DNA of 64,000 nt from Oscillospiraceae bacterium (GTDB lineage: Bacteria; Bacillota; Clostridia; Oscillospirales; CAG-272). The notes beneath the pieces were generated by a model. That model was not told the DNA's origin. It did not search any database and worked only from the letters and a program-made list of their open reading frames with translations. A program made the position numbers and the translations under genes. The DNA lies in assembly GCA_015064855.1 (NCBI GenBank), contig SVRK01000004.1, forward strand, positions 129,445 to 193,444. Direction: 5' to 3'. The number at the start of each line of letters is the position of its first letter. Position 1 is the first letter of the stretch. Of the stretch, positions 1-9,739 are shown one piece after another.

Positions 1-554
1 GCTCACGTAAGGGAGAGCTCCTTGAAATGGGTAAGGCTGGCACAAGAACACGTATTGAATATTTAATTCCTTCAAGATGCCTTTTCGGTTACAGAAGTGA
101 ATTTATGACAGACACCAAGGGCGAGGGTATTTTAAACACCTTGTTCGACGGCTATCAACCATTCAAGGGTGACGTTATCACAAGATATACGGGCTCACTT
201 ATCGCATCCGAGGACGGCGAGGCTACATCTTATGGTCTTTTCAACACACAAGACAGAGGCGCTATGTTTATCGGCGTTCAAACTCCTGTTTACGAGGGAA
301 TGATTGTTGGTGAATGCCCAAAAATGGAGGACATCGTTGTAAACGTATGTAAGAAAAAGCACTTAACAGCTATCCGTTCAAAGGGTGCAGACGAGGCGCT
401 TATCTTAACTCCACCAAGAATTATGTCACTCGAGCAGGCTATTGAGTATATTGCCGAGGACGAATTAATTGAGGTTACCCCTAAATCACTTCGTTTAAGA
501 AAGAAAATTCTCAACACTCAATTAAGACTTAAAGCAAACGCAAAGCTTAAATAA
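1..554 (+). CDS. typA: Translational GTPase TypA/BipA, C-terminal part (5' end outside window)
   Basis: The frame is open from base 3, and the listed ORF 27..554 only starts at an internal Met. The sequence IEYLIPSRCLFGYRSEFMTDTKGEGIL...EVTPKSLRLRKK resembles the BipA C-terminal domain. Confidence 0.85.
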   Translation, partial: SRKGELLEMGKAGTRTRIEYLIPSRCLFGYRSEFMTDTKGEGILNTLFDGYQPFKGDVITRYTGSLIASEDGEATSYGLFNTQDRGAMFIGVQTPVYEGMIVGECPKMEDIVVNVCKKKHLTAIRSKGADEALILTPPRIMSLEQAIEYIAEDELIEVTPKSLRLRKKILNTQLRLKANAKLK

Positions 555-570
555 TTTAATAAAAACGACT

Positions 571-598
571 ATGCCACAGGTACACACGCCTGTGGCAT
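571..598 (+). terminator. Hairpin after typA (no clear U-tract)
   Basis: ATGCCACAGG (571-580) pairs with CCTGTGGCAT (589-598). The downstream sequence is A-rich rather than T-rich. Confidence 0.4.
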
Positions 599-620
599 AA
601 AATAACTAAAAGAGGTCAAA

Positions 621-1865
621 ATGATTTCCGAAAAGCTTTTAAAAATTGGAGAGGAAGCCGAGATAGCGCTTGCCCCCATTTACAAAAAAATAGACGAAAT
701 TTCATATAAAAACACCGCGCGCGTTCTTGAATTTTTCCGTGAGCACAGGGTTAGCGACAGTATGTTCTCGGGCACAACGGGCTACGGCTACGACGACATC
801 GGCAGAGATACTCTTGACAAGGTTTATGCCGACGTTTTTGGGGCGGAGGCTGCATTTGTGCGCCATACTATCCCCAACGGCACAACCGCCCTTTCAATAG
901 GTCTTTTTGGACTTTTACGCCCAAACGACGTGCTTCTTTCCGTTACCAACGAGCCATACGATACCCTTTGCGAGGTTATTGGACTCAAGGGTGCAAACGG
1001 CGACGGCTCTCTTGCCGATTTTGGTGTAAAATACGACCAAGTAAACTTCAAAAATGATGAAATCGACTTTGAGGAAATTGAAAAAAAGCTGAACGAGTAC
1101 GGGGACAAGGTAAAGGTTGTATTTATCCAACGCTCAAAGGGTTACCTAAACCGCCCAACGCTAACTATTAAGCAAATTGGTGAAATTTGTGATTTTGTCC
1201 ACGCAAGAAGCAAAGCTTACGTTGTTGTTGACAACTGCTACGGTGAATTTTGCGAGGAAAAGGAGCCTTGCCACGTTGGTGCTGATATGATGATCGGCTC
1301 GCTTATTAAAAATCCGGGTGGAGGAATTGCCGAAAGCGGTGGCTATATAGCTGGTACAAAAAGAGCAGTGGAGCTAGCCTCTTACCGTCTTACATCTGTT
1401 GGCACGGGTTGTGAGGTTGGCGCTTCTCTTGGTCAAAACAGAAACCTTTTCAAGGGATTTTTCCTAGCCCCTCACGTTGTAGCACAAGCGTTAAAGACAG
1501 CTCATTTTGCCGCATACGTGCTCGAAAAACTAGGCTTTGACGTTTATCCAAAATATGACGAAATGCGCTCCGACATTATCCAAACTGTTAAGTTTGGCTA
1601 TGCTGACGGACTTATAAAATTCTGTCAAGGAATTCAAGCTTCAAGTCCGGTTGACTCATACGTTACCCCTATGCCATGGGCTATGCCAGGATACCAGGAC
1701 GAGGTAATTATGGCAGCAGGTGCGTTTACTCAAGGCTCATCAATCGAGCTTTCGTGTGATGGTCCTGTGCGCCCACCTTACACCGCGTTTTTCCAAGGCT
1801 CACTCACTTACGAAAGTGGCAAATTGGCTATTTTATCAGCAGCTGAGAAGTTGATAAACGAGTAA
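621..1865 (+). CDS. PLP-dependent YnbB / aluminium-resistance family protein (Met gamma-lyase-like fold)
   Basis: 414 aa with an AGAGG RBS before the ATG. The motifs SGTTGYGYDDIGRD and NPGGGIAESGGYIAG are typical of the YnbB family. Confidence 0.75.
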   Translation: MISEKLLKIGEEAEIALAPIYKKIDEISYKNTARVLEFFREHRVSDSMFSGTTGYGYDDIGRDTLDKVYADVFGAEAAFVRHTIPNGTTALSIGLFGLLRPNDVLLSVTNEPYDTLCEVIGLKGANGDGSLADFGVKYDQVNFKNDEIDFEEIEKKLNEYGDKVKVVFIQRSKGYLNRPTLTIKQIGEICDFVHARSKAYVVVDNCYGEFCEEKEPCHVGADMMIGSLIKNPGGGIAESGGYIAGTKRAVELASYRLTSVGTGCEVGASLGQNRNLFKGFFLAPHVVAQALKTAHFAAYVLEKLGFDVYPKYDEMRSDIIQTVKFGYADGLIKFCQGIQASSPVDSYVTPMPWAMPGYQDEVIMAAGAFTQGSSIELSCDGPVRPPYTAFFQGSLTYESGKLAILSAAEKLINE

Positions 1866-1869
1866 TTTT

Positions 1870-1920
1870 TTAGCCTTCCCTAGCAGGGAAGGTGTCACGA
1901 AGTGACGGATGAGTAGAGCA
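1870..1920. repeat. Left compound inverted repeat of DUF559 cassette 1
   Basis: TAGCCTTCCCTAGCAGGGAAGGTG, then the small hairpin TCACGAAGTGA, then CGGATGAGTAGAGCAT. Its reverse complement recurs at 2312-2368 with only the middle hairpin different. Confidence 0.9.
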
Positions 1921-1934
1921 TTTAAGGAGAAGCT

Positions 1935-2303
1935 ATGAGTTATAAATACGAAAAAAATCTCGTTAGAAATGCACAGAAATTACGTAAAGATATGACCCCC
2001 GAGGAACGACGTTTGTGGTATGATTTTTTAAAAAAATTGCCCATAACCATCAACAGGCAAAAGAACATTGGAACTTATATTGTTGATTTTTTCATTTCAT
2101 CAAAACGGATTGCAATTGAGATAGACGGAGTAGGTCACGGAGAAGAAGAACAATATAAAAAAGACGTTATTCGTGACGAAGAATTAAACAAAATCGGTAT
2201 CACTGTTTTAAGATACCAAAATTATGATATTAATAAAAATTTTAATGGAGTTTGCAGGGATATTTTAAAAAAGCTTTCTATTTTGGAAGAAGATTTAAAA
2301 TAA
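1935..2303 (+). CDS. DUF559 (Vsr/restriction-endonuclease-like) domain protein
   Basis: 122 aa with an AAGGAG RBS. The pattern LRKDMTPEERRLWYDFLK...RQK.IG.YIVDF...IEIDG..H is typical of DUF559, and it is about 45 percent identical by eye to the ORF at 41531..41899. Confidence 0.85.
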   Translation: MSYKYEKNLVRNAQKLRKDMTPEERRLWYDFLKKLPITINRQKNIGTYIVDFFISSKRIAIEIDGVGHGEEEQYKKDVIRDEELNKIGITVLRYQNYDINKNFNGVCRDILKKLSILEEDLK

Positions 2304-2311
2304 TCCTAAAA

Positions 2312-2368
2312 ATGCTCTACTCATCCGTCTTGGCTATGCCAAGCCACCTTCCCTGCTAGGGAAGGCTA
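2312..2368. repeat. Right compound inverted repeat of DUF559 cassette 1
   Basis: ATGCTCTACTCATCCG, then the hairpin CTTGGCTATGCCAAG, then CACCTTCCCTGCTAGGGAAGGCTA. This is the reverse complement of 1870-1920. Confidence 0.9.
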
Positions 2369-2392
2369 AGTGGGTTGACGTTTTATTTTACT

Positions 2393-2875
2393 ATGCTAAA
2401 CATAAAAATTATAGCCACAGGGTCGCTAAAAGAGAGTTATCTGCGTGAGGCGGTGGCGGAATATAGAAAAAGACTTGGCGCATGGGCAAGGGTAGAGGAA
2501 ATAGAATTAAAGGAAGAAAAATTACCGGAAAATCCAAGCCAAAGCCAAATCGACTCCGCTCTTGAACGCGAGGCAAAGGCGATATTTGATAAAATTTCAA
2601 CAAAATCCTATGTAATTGCTATGTGCGTTGAGGGTAAGCAGCTTTCTAGTGAGGAATTAGCCTCCAAGCTAGAGGAAATTACCTCAAGCGGAAAGAGTGA
2701 AATTGCATTTATAATTGGCTCGTCGTTTGGTCTTGCGCCTTCGGTTAAGCAAAGGGCAGACTACAAATTGTCAATTTCCAAGCTCACTTTTCCCCATCAG
2801 CTTTTACGCGTAATTTTATACGAAACGACCTACCGTTCACTCTCTATTGTGAATGGTACAAAATACCATAAATAA
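2393..2875 (+). CDS. rlmH: 23S rRNA (pseudouridine1915-N3)-methyltransferase RlmH
   Basis: MLNIKIIATGSLK...FPHQLLRVILYE..YR is a typical RlmH sequence of about 160 aa. The TTG at 2375 is an alternative start. Confidence 0.85.
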   Translation: MLNIKIIATGSLKESYLREAVAEYRKRLGAWARVEEIELKEEKLPENPSQSQIDSALEREAKAIFDKISTKSYVIAMCVEGKQLSSEELASKLEEITSSGKSEIAFIIGSSFGLAPSVKQRADYKLSISKLTFPHQLLRVILYETTYRSLSIVNGTKYHK

Positions 2876-2932
2876 TAAAAACACCTCATCACGTGTCTAT
2901 TTTTGGCACAAAGGTATATGAAAGGAGTAGCT

Positions 2933-4810
2933 ATGTCAAATATTGTTGACGTTTGTGTTGTTGGCGCAGGCCATGCCGGAATTGAGGCAGCTTTAGCCTC
3001 TGCCAGAATGGGAATGAACACAATTTTATTTACAATGTCGCTCGACGCTGTTGCAAATTTGCCGTGCAACCCATCCATTGGCGGTACTGCCAAGGGACAT
3101 CTCGTTTATGAAATTGATGCCTTGGGTGGTGAAATGGGAAGAAGTGCCGATTTAGTTACTCTGCAAACAAGAACACTAAATCTCGGTAAGGGCGCAGCGG
3201 TTTACTCAAAGAGAATTCAGGCTGACCGATTAAAATATCGCTCAATTATGAAGGGTGTGCTCGAAAATACTCCTAATTTAAGACTTGTTCAAGCGGAGAT
3301 TTGTGATATAAAAACAGTAACTGAAAACGGCGAAAAGAGAGTTGATGCAGTAATTACCCGCTTAGGCGAGGAATTTAAATGCAAGGCTGTCATCCTTTGC
3401 ACAGGAACCTATCTTAACGCAACCGTACATACAGGCGATATTTGTTATCATTCAGGACCTGACTCGCTTATGCACGCTTCTTTTTTGACCGATGCACTCG
3501 TGCGCGAGGGCATTTCAATGATGCGCTTTAAAACGGGAACTCCTGCAAGAATCCACGCCGATTCCATTGACTATTCACAGCTTGAAATTCAAGAGGGAGA
3601 GGAAATAGCCTTCCCATTCTCTTGGAAAACAAGTGAAGAGGACTACCCTATTAAGAAGCAAGTTCCTTGCTATATTGCCTACACAAATCTTGACACACAT
3701 AAAATTATCAAGGACAACCTAAAAAAGAGCGCTATGTACTCCGGTAATATACATGGCACAGGTCCAAGATATTGCCCATCTATTGAAGATAAAATAGTGC
3801 GCTTTGCCGACAAGGAAAGACACCAGCTCTTCCTTGAGCCGACGGGTGCTGACACAAAGGAAATGTATCTTCAAGGCTTTTCAACCTCTATGCCAATTGA
3901 GGTGCAAATGAAGATGCTCAAATCCTTAAAGGGCTTTGAAAATGCAAGGGTTATGCGCTATGCATATGCAATAGAGTATGATTGCACCGACCCACAGGAG
4001 CTTTTAGCCACACTTGAATATAAAAAGATTTCAGGTCTTTATGGTGCGGGACAGTTTAACGGAACGTCAGGATATGAGGAGGCGGGCGCACAGGGACTTG
4101 TTGCAGGAATTAATGCATCTTTAAAAATCAAGGGTCAAAAGCCTATGATTTTGGAGCGTTCTTCCTCTTATATTGGTACCTTGATTGACGACCTTGTAAC
4201 AAAGGGAACGAAAGAGCCCTATCGTATGATGACCTCAAGGAGCGAATATCGCTTGCTTCTTCGTCAGGATAATGCCGATTTACGCTTAACCCCTATCGGT
4301 CGCGAGGTTGGACTAGTAAATGACGAGCAATGGGCACATTTTGAAAAGCGCAGAAACCAAATAAGTGACGAAAAGAACCGTCTTTCAAAGGTTACAATTT
4401 ATCCAACTGACGAGGTAAATAAGATAATAGAGGATGCAGGAACAACTCCTATTTCAACCCCTATTTCTCTTGCCGAGCTTATAAAAAGACCACAATTAAG
4501 CTACGAAATGTTTGAAAAATTAGACACAGGTAGGCCTAATTTGCCAAAAAATGTAGTTTTTACTGCACAAACAGACATAAAATACGATGGCTACGTTAAA
4601 AAACAGCTTTCAGAAATTGCACGAATACAAAAGCTTGAATCAAAGCCTCTTGACCCCAATCTTGATTATTCTATAGTTAAAGGACTCAGAATTGAGGCGA
4701 TGCAAAAATTAAACAAGGTTAAACCTCTAACCCTTGGACAGGCATCTCGAATTTCCGGAGTTTCTCCTGCAGATATTTCTGTGCTTATGATTTTTTTATC
4801 AGCAAAATAA
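2933..4810 (+). CDS. mnmG: tRNA uridine-5-carboxymethylaminomethyl modification enzyme MnmG (GidA)
   Basis: An AAAGGAG RBS (2921-2927) precedes the ATG at 2933. The FAD motif [12 protein letters not shown] and the motif [13 protein letters not shown] are present. Confidence 0.95.
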   Translation: MSNIVDVCVVGAGHAGIEAALASARMGMNTILFTMSLDAVANLPCNPSIGGTAKGHLVYEIDALGGEMGRSADLVTLQTRTLNLGKGAAVYSKRIQADRLKYRSIMKGVLENTPNLRLVQAEICDIKTVTENGEKRVDAVITRLGEEFKCKAVILCTGTYLNATVHTGDICYHSGPDSLMHASFLTDALVREGISMMRFKTGTPARIHADSIDYSQLEIQEGEEIAFPFSWKTSEEDYPIKKQVPCYIAYTNLDTHKIIKDNLKKSAMYSGNIHGTGPRYCPSIEDKIVRFADKERHQLFLEPTGADTKEMYLQGFSTSMPIEVQMKMLKSLKGFENARVMRYAYAIEYDCTDPQELLATLEYKKISGLYGAGQFNGTSGYEEAGAQGLVAGINASLKIKGQKPMILERSSSYIGTLIDDLVTKGTKEPYRMMTSRSEYRLLLRQDNADLRLTPIGREVGLVNDEQWAHFEKRRNQISDEKNRLSKVTIYPTDEVNKIIEDAGTTPISTPISLAELIKRPQLSYEMFEKLDTGRPNLPKNVVFTAQTDIKYDGYVKKQLSEIARIQKLESKPLDPNLDYSIVKGLRIEAMQKLNKVKPLTLGQASRISGVSPADISVLMIFLSAK

Positions 4811-4829
4811 GCTTCAATAATAAATAATT

Positions 4830-4862
4830 AAGGTGTATCTTTTTTGATGCACCTTTTTTTAA
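4830..4862 (+). terminator. Putative intrinsic terminator after mnmG
   Basis: AAGGTG pairs with CACCTT, followed by a T run. Confidence 0.55.
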
Positions 4863-4934
4863 CAGCATCGTCAAAAATTGTATTGATTTTTATAATTTAT
4901 TATGTTATAATCGAATAGAGAGGTGGTGATAGTT

Positions 4935-5318
4935 ATGTTTTTTTGGTTATTGATTAGCTCATTAGCTTTGCTTTGTCCTTCATTTATGATTATTTTTGGA
5001 ATCATTTTTTTGATTTCTGCACCAAAAGGTATTAACTACATTTTTGGCTATCGCACAAGAAGGTCTATGAAAACACATGAAACCTGGAAATTTGCACATC
5101 GTCTTTTAGGAATTCTTTGGATTCCTCTAGGCGTTTTATCATTCTCTTTAATACTCGCTTCTATGGTTTTACTCTTTAATGCCCCTGATAGTACGATTGG
5201 CACAGTGGGAGCACTTCTTACCCTTGTAGGTCTTGTTGTTTTCGCTATTCCTATCTTGCCTGTTGAAATAGCTCTTAATAAAAAATTTGATGTTTTTGGG
5301 CACAGAATAAAAAAATAA
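4935..5318 (+). CDS. SdpI/YhfL family membrane protein
   Basis: A small polytopic membrane protein with the motif NYIFGYRTRRSMKTHETWKFAHR. An AGAGGTGG RBS precedes the ATG at 4935. Confidence 0.7.
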   Translation: MFFWLLISSLALLCPSFMIIFGIIFLISAPKGINYIFGYRTRRSMKTHETWKFAHRLLGILWIPLGVLSFSLILASMVLLFNAPDSTIGTVGALLTLVGLVVFAIPILPVEIALNKKFDVFGHRIKK

Positions 5319-5326
5319 CTAAAATT

Positions 5327-5353
5327 AAGGAGTAATTTATTACTCCTTTTTTA
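5327..5353 (+). terminator. Intrinsic terminator
   Basis: AAGGAGTAAT pairs with ATTACTCCTT, followed by TTTTTT. Confidence 0.8.
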
Positions 5354-5435
5354 TTATTTATCGTTGTTTTATTGATTTTTATTTATAAAAATGTTATAAT
5401 GTTAGATAAGCAAATATTATTTTTAGGGGTTTATT

Positions 5436-6689
5436 ATGAAAAATGTAAACGTAAGAGATTTTGGTGCTATTGGTGACGGTGCTACTCTTGACACCGCGGC
5501 TATACAAAACGCAATAAATTCATGTGAAAAGGGCGATACTCTCGTTTTTGATGGCAAGGGTATTTTCCTTACAGGTACATTGAGATTAAAGGGTGATTTA
5601 AGGGTTTATATTGAAAAGGGAACAGAGCTTTGTGGCTCTCGTAATTTAAATCACTATTATGTTAACGAGTTTTACCATAATGAAATGGAAAAAACAATTT
5701 CTATGCTTTATGCGCTTGACTCTGACAATATTGAAATGTGTGGCGGTGGTAAAATTATTTTAAGTGGCGATGCTTGGGCTAATTTTACCTGTGGCTCTCC
5801 AGATTTTATGAAAGACGAGCACCAGTGTCTAAAATACGAGGAGCAAACTGTAATTGGACCTGACGTAAAAATTGAAAGACCAACTCAGCCAATCTTTTTT
5901 AACAACTGCAAAAATATACATATTCATGACCTTAAAATATTTAATTCTCCTTGCTGGACCTTTACATTTTCAAATTGTGAAAATATAGTTTTTGAAAGAT
6001 GCTATGTTGATAACCACAATAGAATTGCAAATAATGACGGCGTTCATTTTTCAGCATCCAGAAATATCATAGTTCGCGACTCAACCTTCCTTTGTGGCGA
6101 TGACTGCTTTGCCGCAACATGTATCACAAATACCGAGGGAGTGTGTGAGAATATGGAAATTTCAAACTGTCTAATGTCCTCACGCTCCGCTGCTATTCGC
6201 TTTGGTCACCTTTACAGTAAGGTTAGAAACGCAAAGATTAAAAACATTGAAATTTTGCCCTCAAACAGAGCAATTTCAATATTCACAGGTGATGACGGTA
6301 TTGTTGAAAACATTGAAATCGAAAACGTAAGAGCTAAAACCCAAATTCACGCCGGCTGGTGGTGGGGCAAGGGAGAGGGCTTTGTTATCTGCGCTAAAAA
6401 CACAAACGGTCAAATTAAAAATATTTCTATTAAGAATTGTGATTTTACCGAGGAAAACCCATCATTAATTATTGGCGATGGAGAAAATTTATCCGGTGTT
6501 ACAATCGAAAATTGTAATTTTAAATATGAAAAGGGCGACACACATCCCTACTATTATGGAAAAATTGATATTCAACCAAATGTGCAAACTCTCGAAAAAG
6601 CACCTTTTAATACGGGTGACTTAATTTACGTTGACGGTGCTAAAAACGTTACCCTAGATGAAAAAAGCATTGTTGGTTCAGTTAAATAA
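5436..6689 (+). CDS. Glycoside hydrolase family 28-like (beta-helix, pectate-lyase-3 N-terminus)
   Basis: The N-terminus reads NVRDFGAIGDGATLDTAAIQNAI. The catalytic-type motifs NNDGVHF and GDDCFA are present, and there is no signal peptide. Confidence 0.75.
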   Translation: MKNVNVRDFGAIGDGATLDTAAIQNAINSCEKGDTLVFDGKGIFLTGTLRLKGDLRVYIEKGTELCGSRNLNHYYVNEFYHNEMEKTISMLYALDSDNIEMCGGGKIILSGDAWANFTCGSPDFMKDEHQCLKYEEQTVIGPDVKIERPTQPIFFNNCKNIHIHDLKIFNSPCWTFTFSNCENIVFERCYVDNHNRIANNDGVHFSASRNIIVRDSTFLCGDDCFAATCITNTEGVCENMEISNCLMSSRSAAIRFGHLYSKVRNAKIKNIEILPSNRAISIFTGDDGIVENIEIENVRAKTQIHAGWWWGKGEGFVICAKNTNGQIKNISIKNCDFTEENPSLIIGDGENLSGVTIENCNFKYEKGDTHPYYYGKIDIQPNVQTLEKAPFNTGDLIYVDGAKNVTLDEKSIVGSVK

Positions 6690-6731
6690 AAAAGGATTTT
6701 TGACTATTTTAAGTCAAAATTAGGTAAATAA

Positions 6732-8015
6732 ATGGCATTAACGAGTGAGAAAATTTTAGCTTATAAGGAAATTTTAAAGGAAGAATTAATTCCTGCTATG
6801 GGCTGCACAGAGCCTATTGCTATTTCCTTTGCCGCGTCAATTCTTGGAGATGTTTTAGGCGGTTATCCAACTAAAATAAGAGTTGGCTTAAGTGGCAATA
6901 TTATTAAAAACGTAAAAAGCGTAATCGTGCCTTTTACGGGTGGTATGCACGGGATTAATACTGCTGTTTGTGCAGGTATTGTAAGTGGAAGATATGACAA
7001 AAAATTAGAGGTGCTTTCTTACCTTACACCCGACCAAGTGTCTAAAATCAGTGAATATAAGGATTCCTGTAAGATGGAAATCTATGAGCTTGAGGATTCA
7101 AGCCCCTTTGAAATTATTATAAAGGGTGAGCTCGGCAAGGATACAGCCTTTGTTCACCTTTCAAAAAGACATACAAATATAGAAAAGGTACGCTTAAACG
7201 GTAAGGACATAACTGAAAAATATTACACCAAGGACGACGTTGTTGAAAAGGAATCGACTGACCGTTCACTTTTAAACGTGCAGGATATTGTTGAGTTTGC
7301 TGAAACAATTGACTTATCTGATTTAATTCCGCTTCTTGATAGACAAATTTCCTTTAATATGGCGATTGCAAATGAGGGAATTTCACGCGATTGGGGCGCA
7401 TCAATAGGTAGAACCTTATATTTGTCCTCAAACGGAGATACGCGTATTTTAGCGCGCGCTTTGTCTGCTGCCGGCTCTGATGCACGTATGAACGGCTGTG
7501 AGCTTCCTGTTTGCATTATTTCCGGTAGTGGTAACCAAGGAATTACCGCATCTGTCCCTATTTGTGTTTACGGTGAAAAATTAGGCTCTTCAAAGGAAGA
7601 AATTTATCGTGCATTGCTTATATCAGATTTAATTACAATTCATCAAAAAACAGGCATTGGCTGTCTTTCAGCTTATTGTGGTGCTATTTCTGCAGGCGCT
7701 GGTGCAGGCTGTGGTATTTGCTATCTTTACGGTGGTAGATTTTATGAAATTGCCCATACGCTTGTAAATACAGTTGCAATTCTTTCAGGTACTATTTGTG
7801 ACGGCGCAAAATCCTCATGTGCCGCAAAAATTGCAATGGCAGTTGAAGCAGGAATTATGGGATATGATATGGCAAAGGGCGGACATCAATTTTATTCAGG
7901 CGAGGGAATTGTTAAAAAGGGCGTTGAAAATACCATTGAAAATATCAATCGCTTAGCAACCGTCGGTATGCTTGGTACTGACAAGGAAATTATTAAAATA
8001 ATGCTTGGAAAATAA
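6732..8015 (+). CDS. UPF0597 / L-cysteine desulfidase (CyuA/YhaM-like) family protein
   Basis: 427 aa. The sequence PAMGCTEPIAISFAAS and the Cys-rich, Gly-rich C-terminal half are typical of the family. Confidence 0.75.
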   Translation: MALTSEKILAYKEILKEELIPAMGCTEPIAISFAASILGDVLGGYPTKIRVGLSGNIIKNVKSVIVPFTGGMHGINTAVCAGIVSGRYDKKLEVLSYLTPDQVSKISEYKDSCKMEIYELEDSSPFEIIIKGELGKDTAFVHLSKRHTNIEKVRLNGKDITEKYYTKDDVVEKESTDRSLLNVQDIVEFAETIDLSDLIPLLDRQISFNMAIANEGISRDWGASIGRTLYLSSNGDTRILARALSAAGSDARMNGCELPVCIISGSGNQGITASVPICVYGEKLGSSKEEIYRALLISDLITIHQKTGIGCLSAYCGAISAGAGAGCGICYLYGGRFYEIAHTLVNTVAILSGTICDGAKSSCAAKIAMAVEAGIMGYDMAKGGHQFYSGEGIVKKGVENTIENINRLATVGMLGTDKEIIKIMLGK

Positions 8016-8034
8016 AAAATAAAATAATAATTAA

Positions 8035-8066
8035 GGGCGAAATATAATAATTTCGCTCTTTTTTTA
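8035..8066 (+). terminator. Intrinsic terminator
   Basis: GCGAAAT pairs with ATTTCGC, followed by TCTTTTTTTATT. Confidence 0.75.
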
Positions 8067-8125
8067 TTAATAAATTGTAAATTTTTTGGTGTTTTTTTAA
8101 TATAAAATTTACTATTTAAAGGTAT

Positions 8126-8212
8126 TTTTCCACATATTTGTTTAAAGTGTATATATATATAAGTAGAAATTTTTCAATTTTTCTTGACAGTTTTCCACAT
8201 ATATGTTATAAT
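8126..8212 (+). promoter_or_regulatory. dnaA promoter with upstream oriC DnaA boxes
   Basis: TTTTCCACA occurs at 8126-8134 and 8191-8199. TTGACA (8184-8189) and TATAAT (8207-8212) are separated by a 17-bp spacer, and the second box lies inside that spacer. Confidence 0.75.
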
Positions 8213-8344
8213 ATTTACAACTATTATTAGAGTGCCGAACTATGCCATTTTGGTATTTTTTCGCATTTTTTCTTCACGCGCGTGTGTGCGTGTAGCATTA
8301 TGCGTGCGTATGCGTACGCGAGGACTATTAAAAAGGAGTAATTT

Positions 8345-9739
8345 ATGAACTTTAACTCTATTGATCTTGAAAGCATTCAAAATATGCTAATAGAAATGCT
8401 TTTAAAGGAAAACTCATCAACCGCAGTTAATTTATGGTTTGGTGATTTAAAGCTCACGTCAATTGATGAAAACGAAGCTATTTTTGTTTCTCCAACAGAC
8501 TTAAAAAAGAAAATTATTCAACAGCGCTTTGCTATTTCAATGGCTGACCACTTAAATGAAATTTTAGGATTTGAGCCATCTGTTATAATCCATTCATCAG
8601 AGCATGGTGAAATTAATTTATCAAAGGAAAATCTTGATACCTTTGAAAAAATAGAAAAGGGTGATATTTCTTTATCCTCTGTTTCAAAGGATTTAAACGT
8701 TCCACCAAATTATCGCTCTGAATATACATTTGAAAACTTTGTTGTCGGCTCATCTAATAAATTTGCAAATTCAGCAGCTGTTGCGGTTTCAAATCAAAAT
8801 TTTGATAATTTTACAAAGAAGGAATATAACCCACTATTTATTTATGGCCCGTCGGGAGTTGGTAAAACACATCTTCTTTACGCTATTGTAAACAGAATTA
8901 CCCAAAACTTCCCATCAAAGAAAATTATCTACGTAAAGGGTGAGGAATTTGCAAATCAATTATTTATTGCAATTTCAAAGCACTCAACGGCTGAATTTAA
9001 AAACAAATACAGAAGCGCTGACGTTTTACTTATAGACGATATTCACTTTGTTGCTGGTAAGGCATCACTTCAAGAGGAATTTTTCAATACCTTTAACGCT
9101 ATATTTGATGCAAATAAGCAAATGATATTTACCTCTGACCGTCCTCCTCACGAAATGAAAAGCCTTGAGGATAGATTAAGAACAAGATTTATGGCAGGAC
9201 TTATAGTTGATATTCAATTACCTGACTATGATTTAAGATGTGCTATTTTAAAGCAAAAATCAATTCTTAATCATTTAAATATTTCAAACGAAATTATTTC
9301 TTACCTTGCTGAAAACGTGACAACATCAATCCGTCAGCTTGAGGGTGTTGTTAAAAAGCTCGGTGCAATTCAGCTTCTTGAAGGGGGAGATATTAACCTT
9401 GAAAGGGTTAAAAACTCCGTTCATGAGTTTGTTCCTAAAAAGGACTCCGACACTAAAAAGATGGATGATATTATTATTGCCGTTTCAAATAAATTTGGAG
9501 TTACACGCGAGGATATTTTATCAACAAAGAGAAATAAAGAAATTGCAGTTCCACGTCATATTTGCGTTTACGTTGCACGTCAAGCAACACAGCTTTCACA
9601 GTCTCAAATAGGAAAGGCAATTAACCGTGACAGAACAACTGTTATTTCAAGTGAAGGATTTGTCAAGGATATGATGGAGAAGGACTCTTCCTTTGCATAT
9701 GAGGTAAACTCAATTATAAGAGAAATTTCTTCTACATAA
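8345..9739 (+). CDS. dnaA: Chromosomal replication initiator DnaA
   Basis: Walker A motif GPSGVGKTHLL, the motif LLIDDIHF, and the C-terminal DNA-binding region RHICVYVARQ are present. An AAAGGAG RBS precedes the start. Confidence 0.97.
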   Translation: MNFNSIDLESIQNMLIEMLLKENSSTAVNLWFGDLKLTSIDENEAIFVSPTDLKKKIIQQRFAISMADHLNEILGFEPSVIIHSSEHGEINLSKENLDTFEKIEKGDISLSSVSKDLNVPPNYRSEYTFENFVVGSSNKFANSAAVAVSNQNFDNFTKKEYNPLFIYGPSGVGKTHLLYAIVNRITQNFPSKKIIYVKGEEFANQLFIAISKHSTAEFKNKYRSADVLLIDDIHFVAGKASLQEEFFNTFNAIFDANKQMIFTSDRPPHEMKSLEDRLRTRFMAGLIVDIQLPDYDLRCAILKQKSILNHLNISNEIISYLAENVTTSIRQLEGVVKKLGAIQLLEGGDINLERVKNSVHEFVPKKDSDTKKMDDIIIAVSNKFGVTREDILSTKRNKEIAVPRHICVYVARQATQLSQSQIGKAINRDRTTVISSEGFVKDMMEKDSSFAYEVNSIIREISST

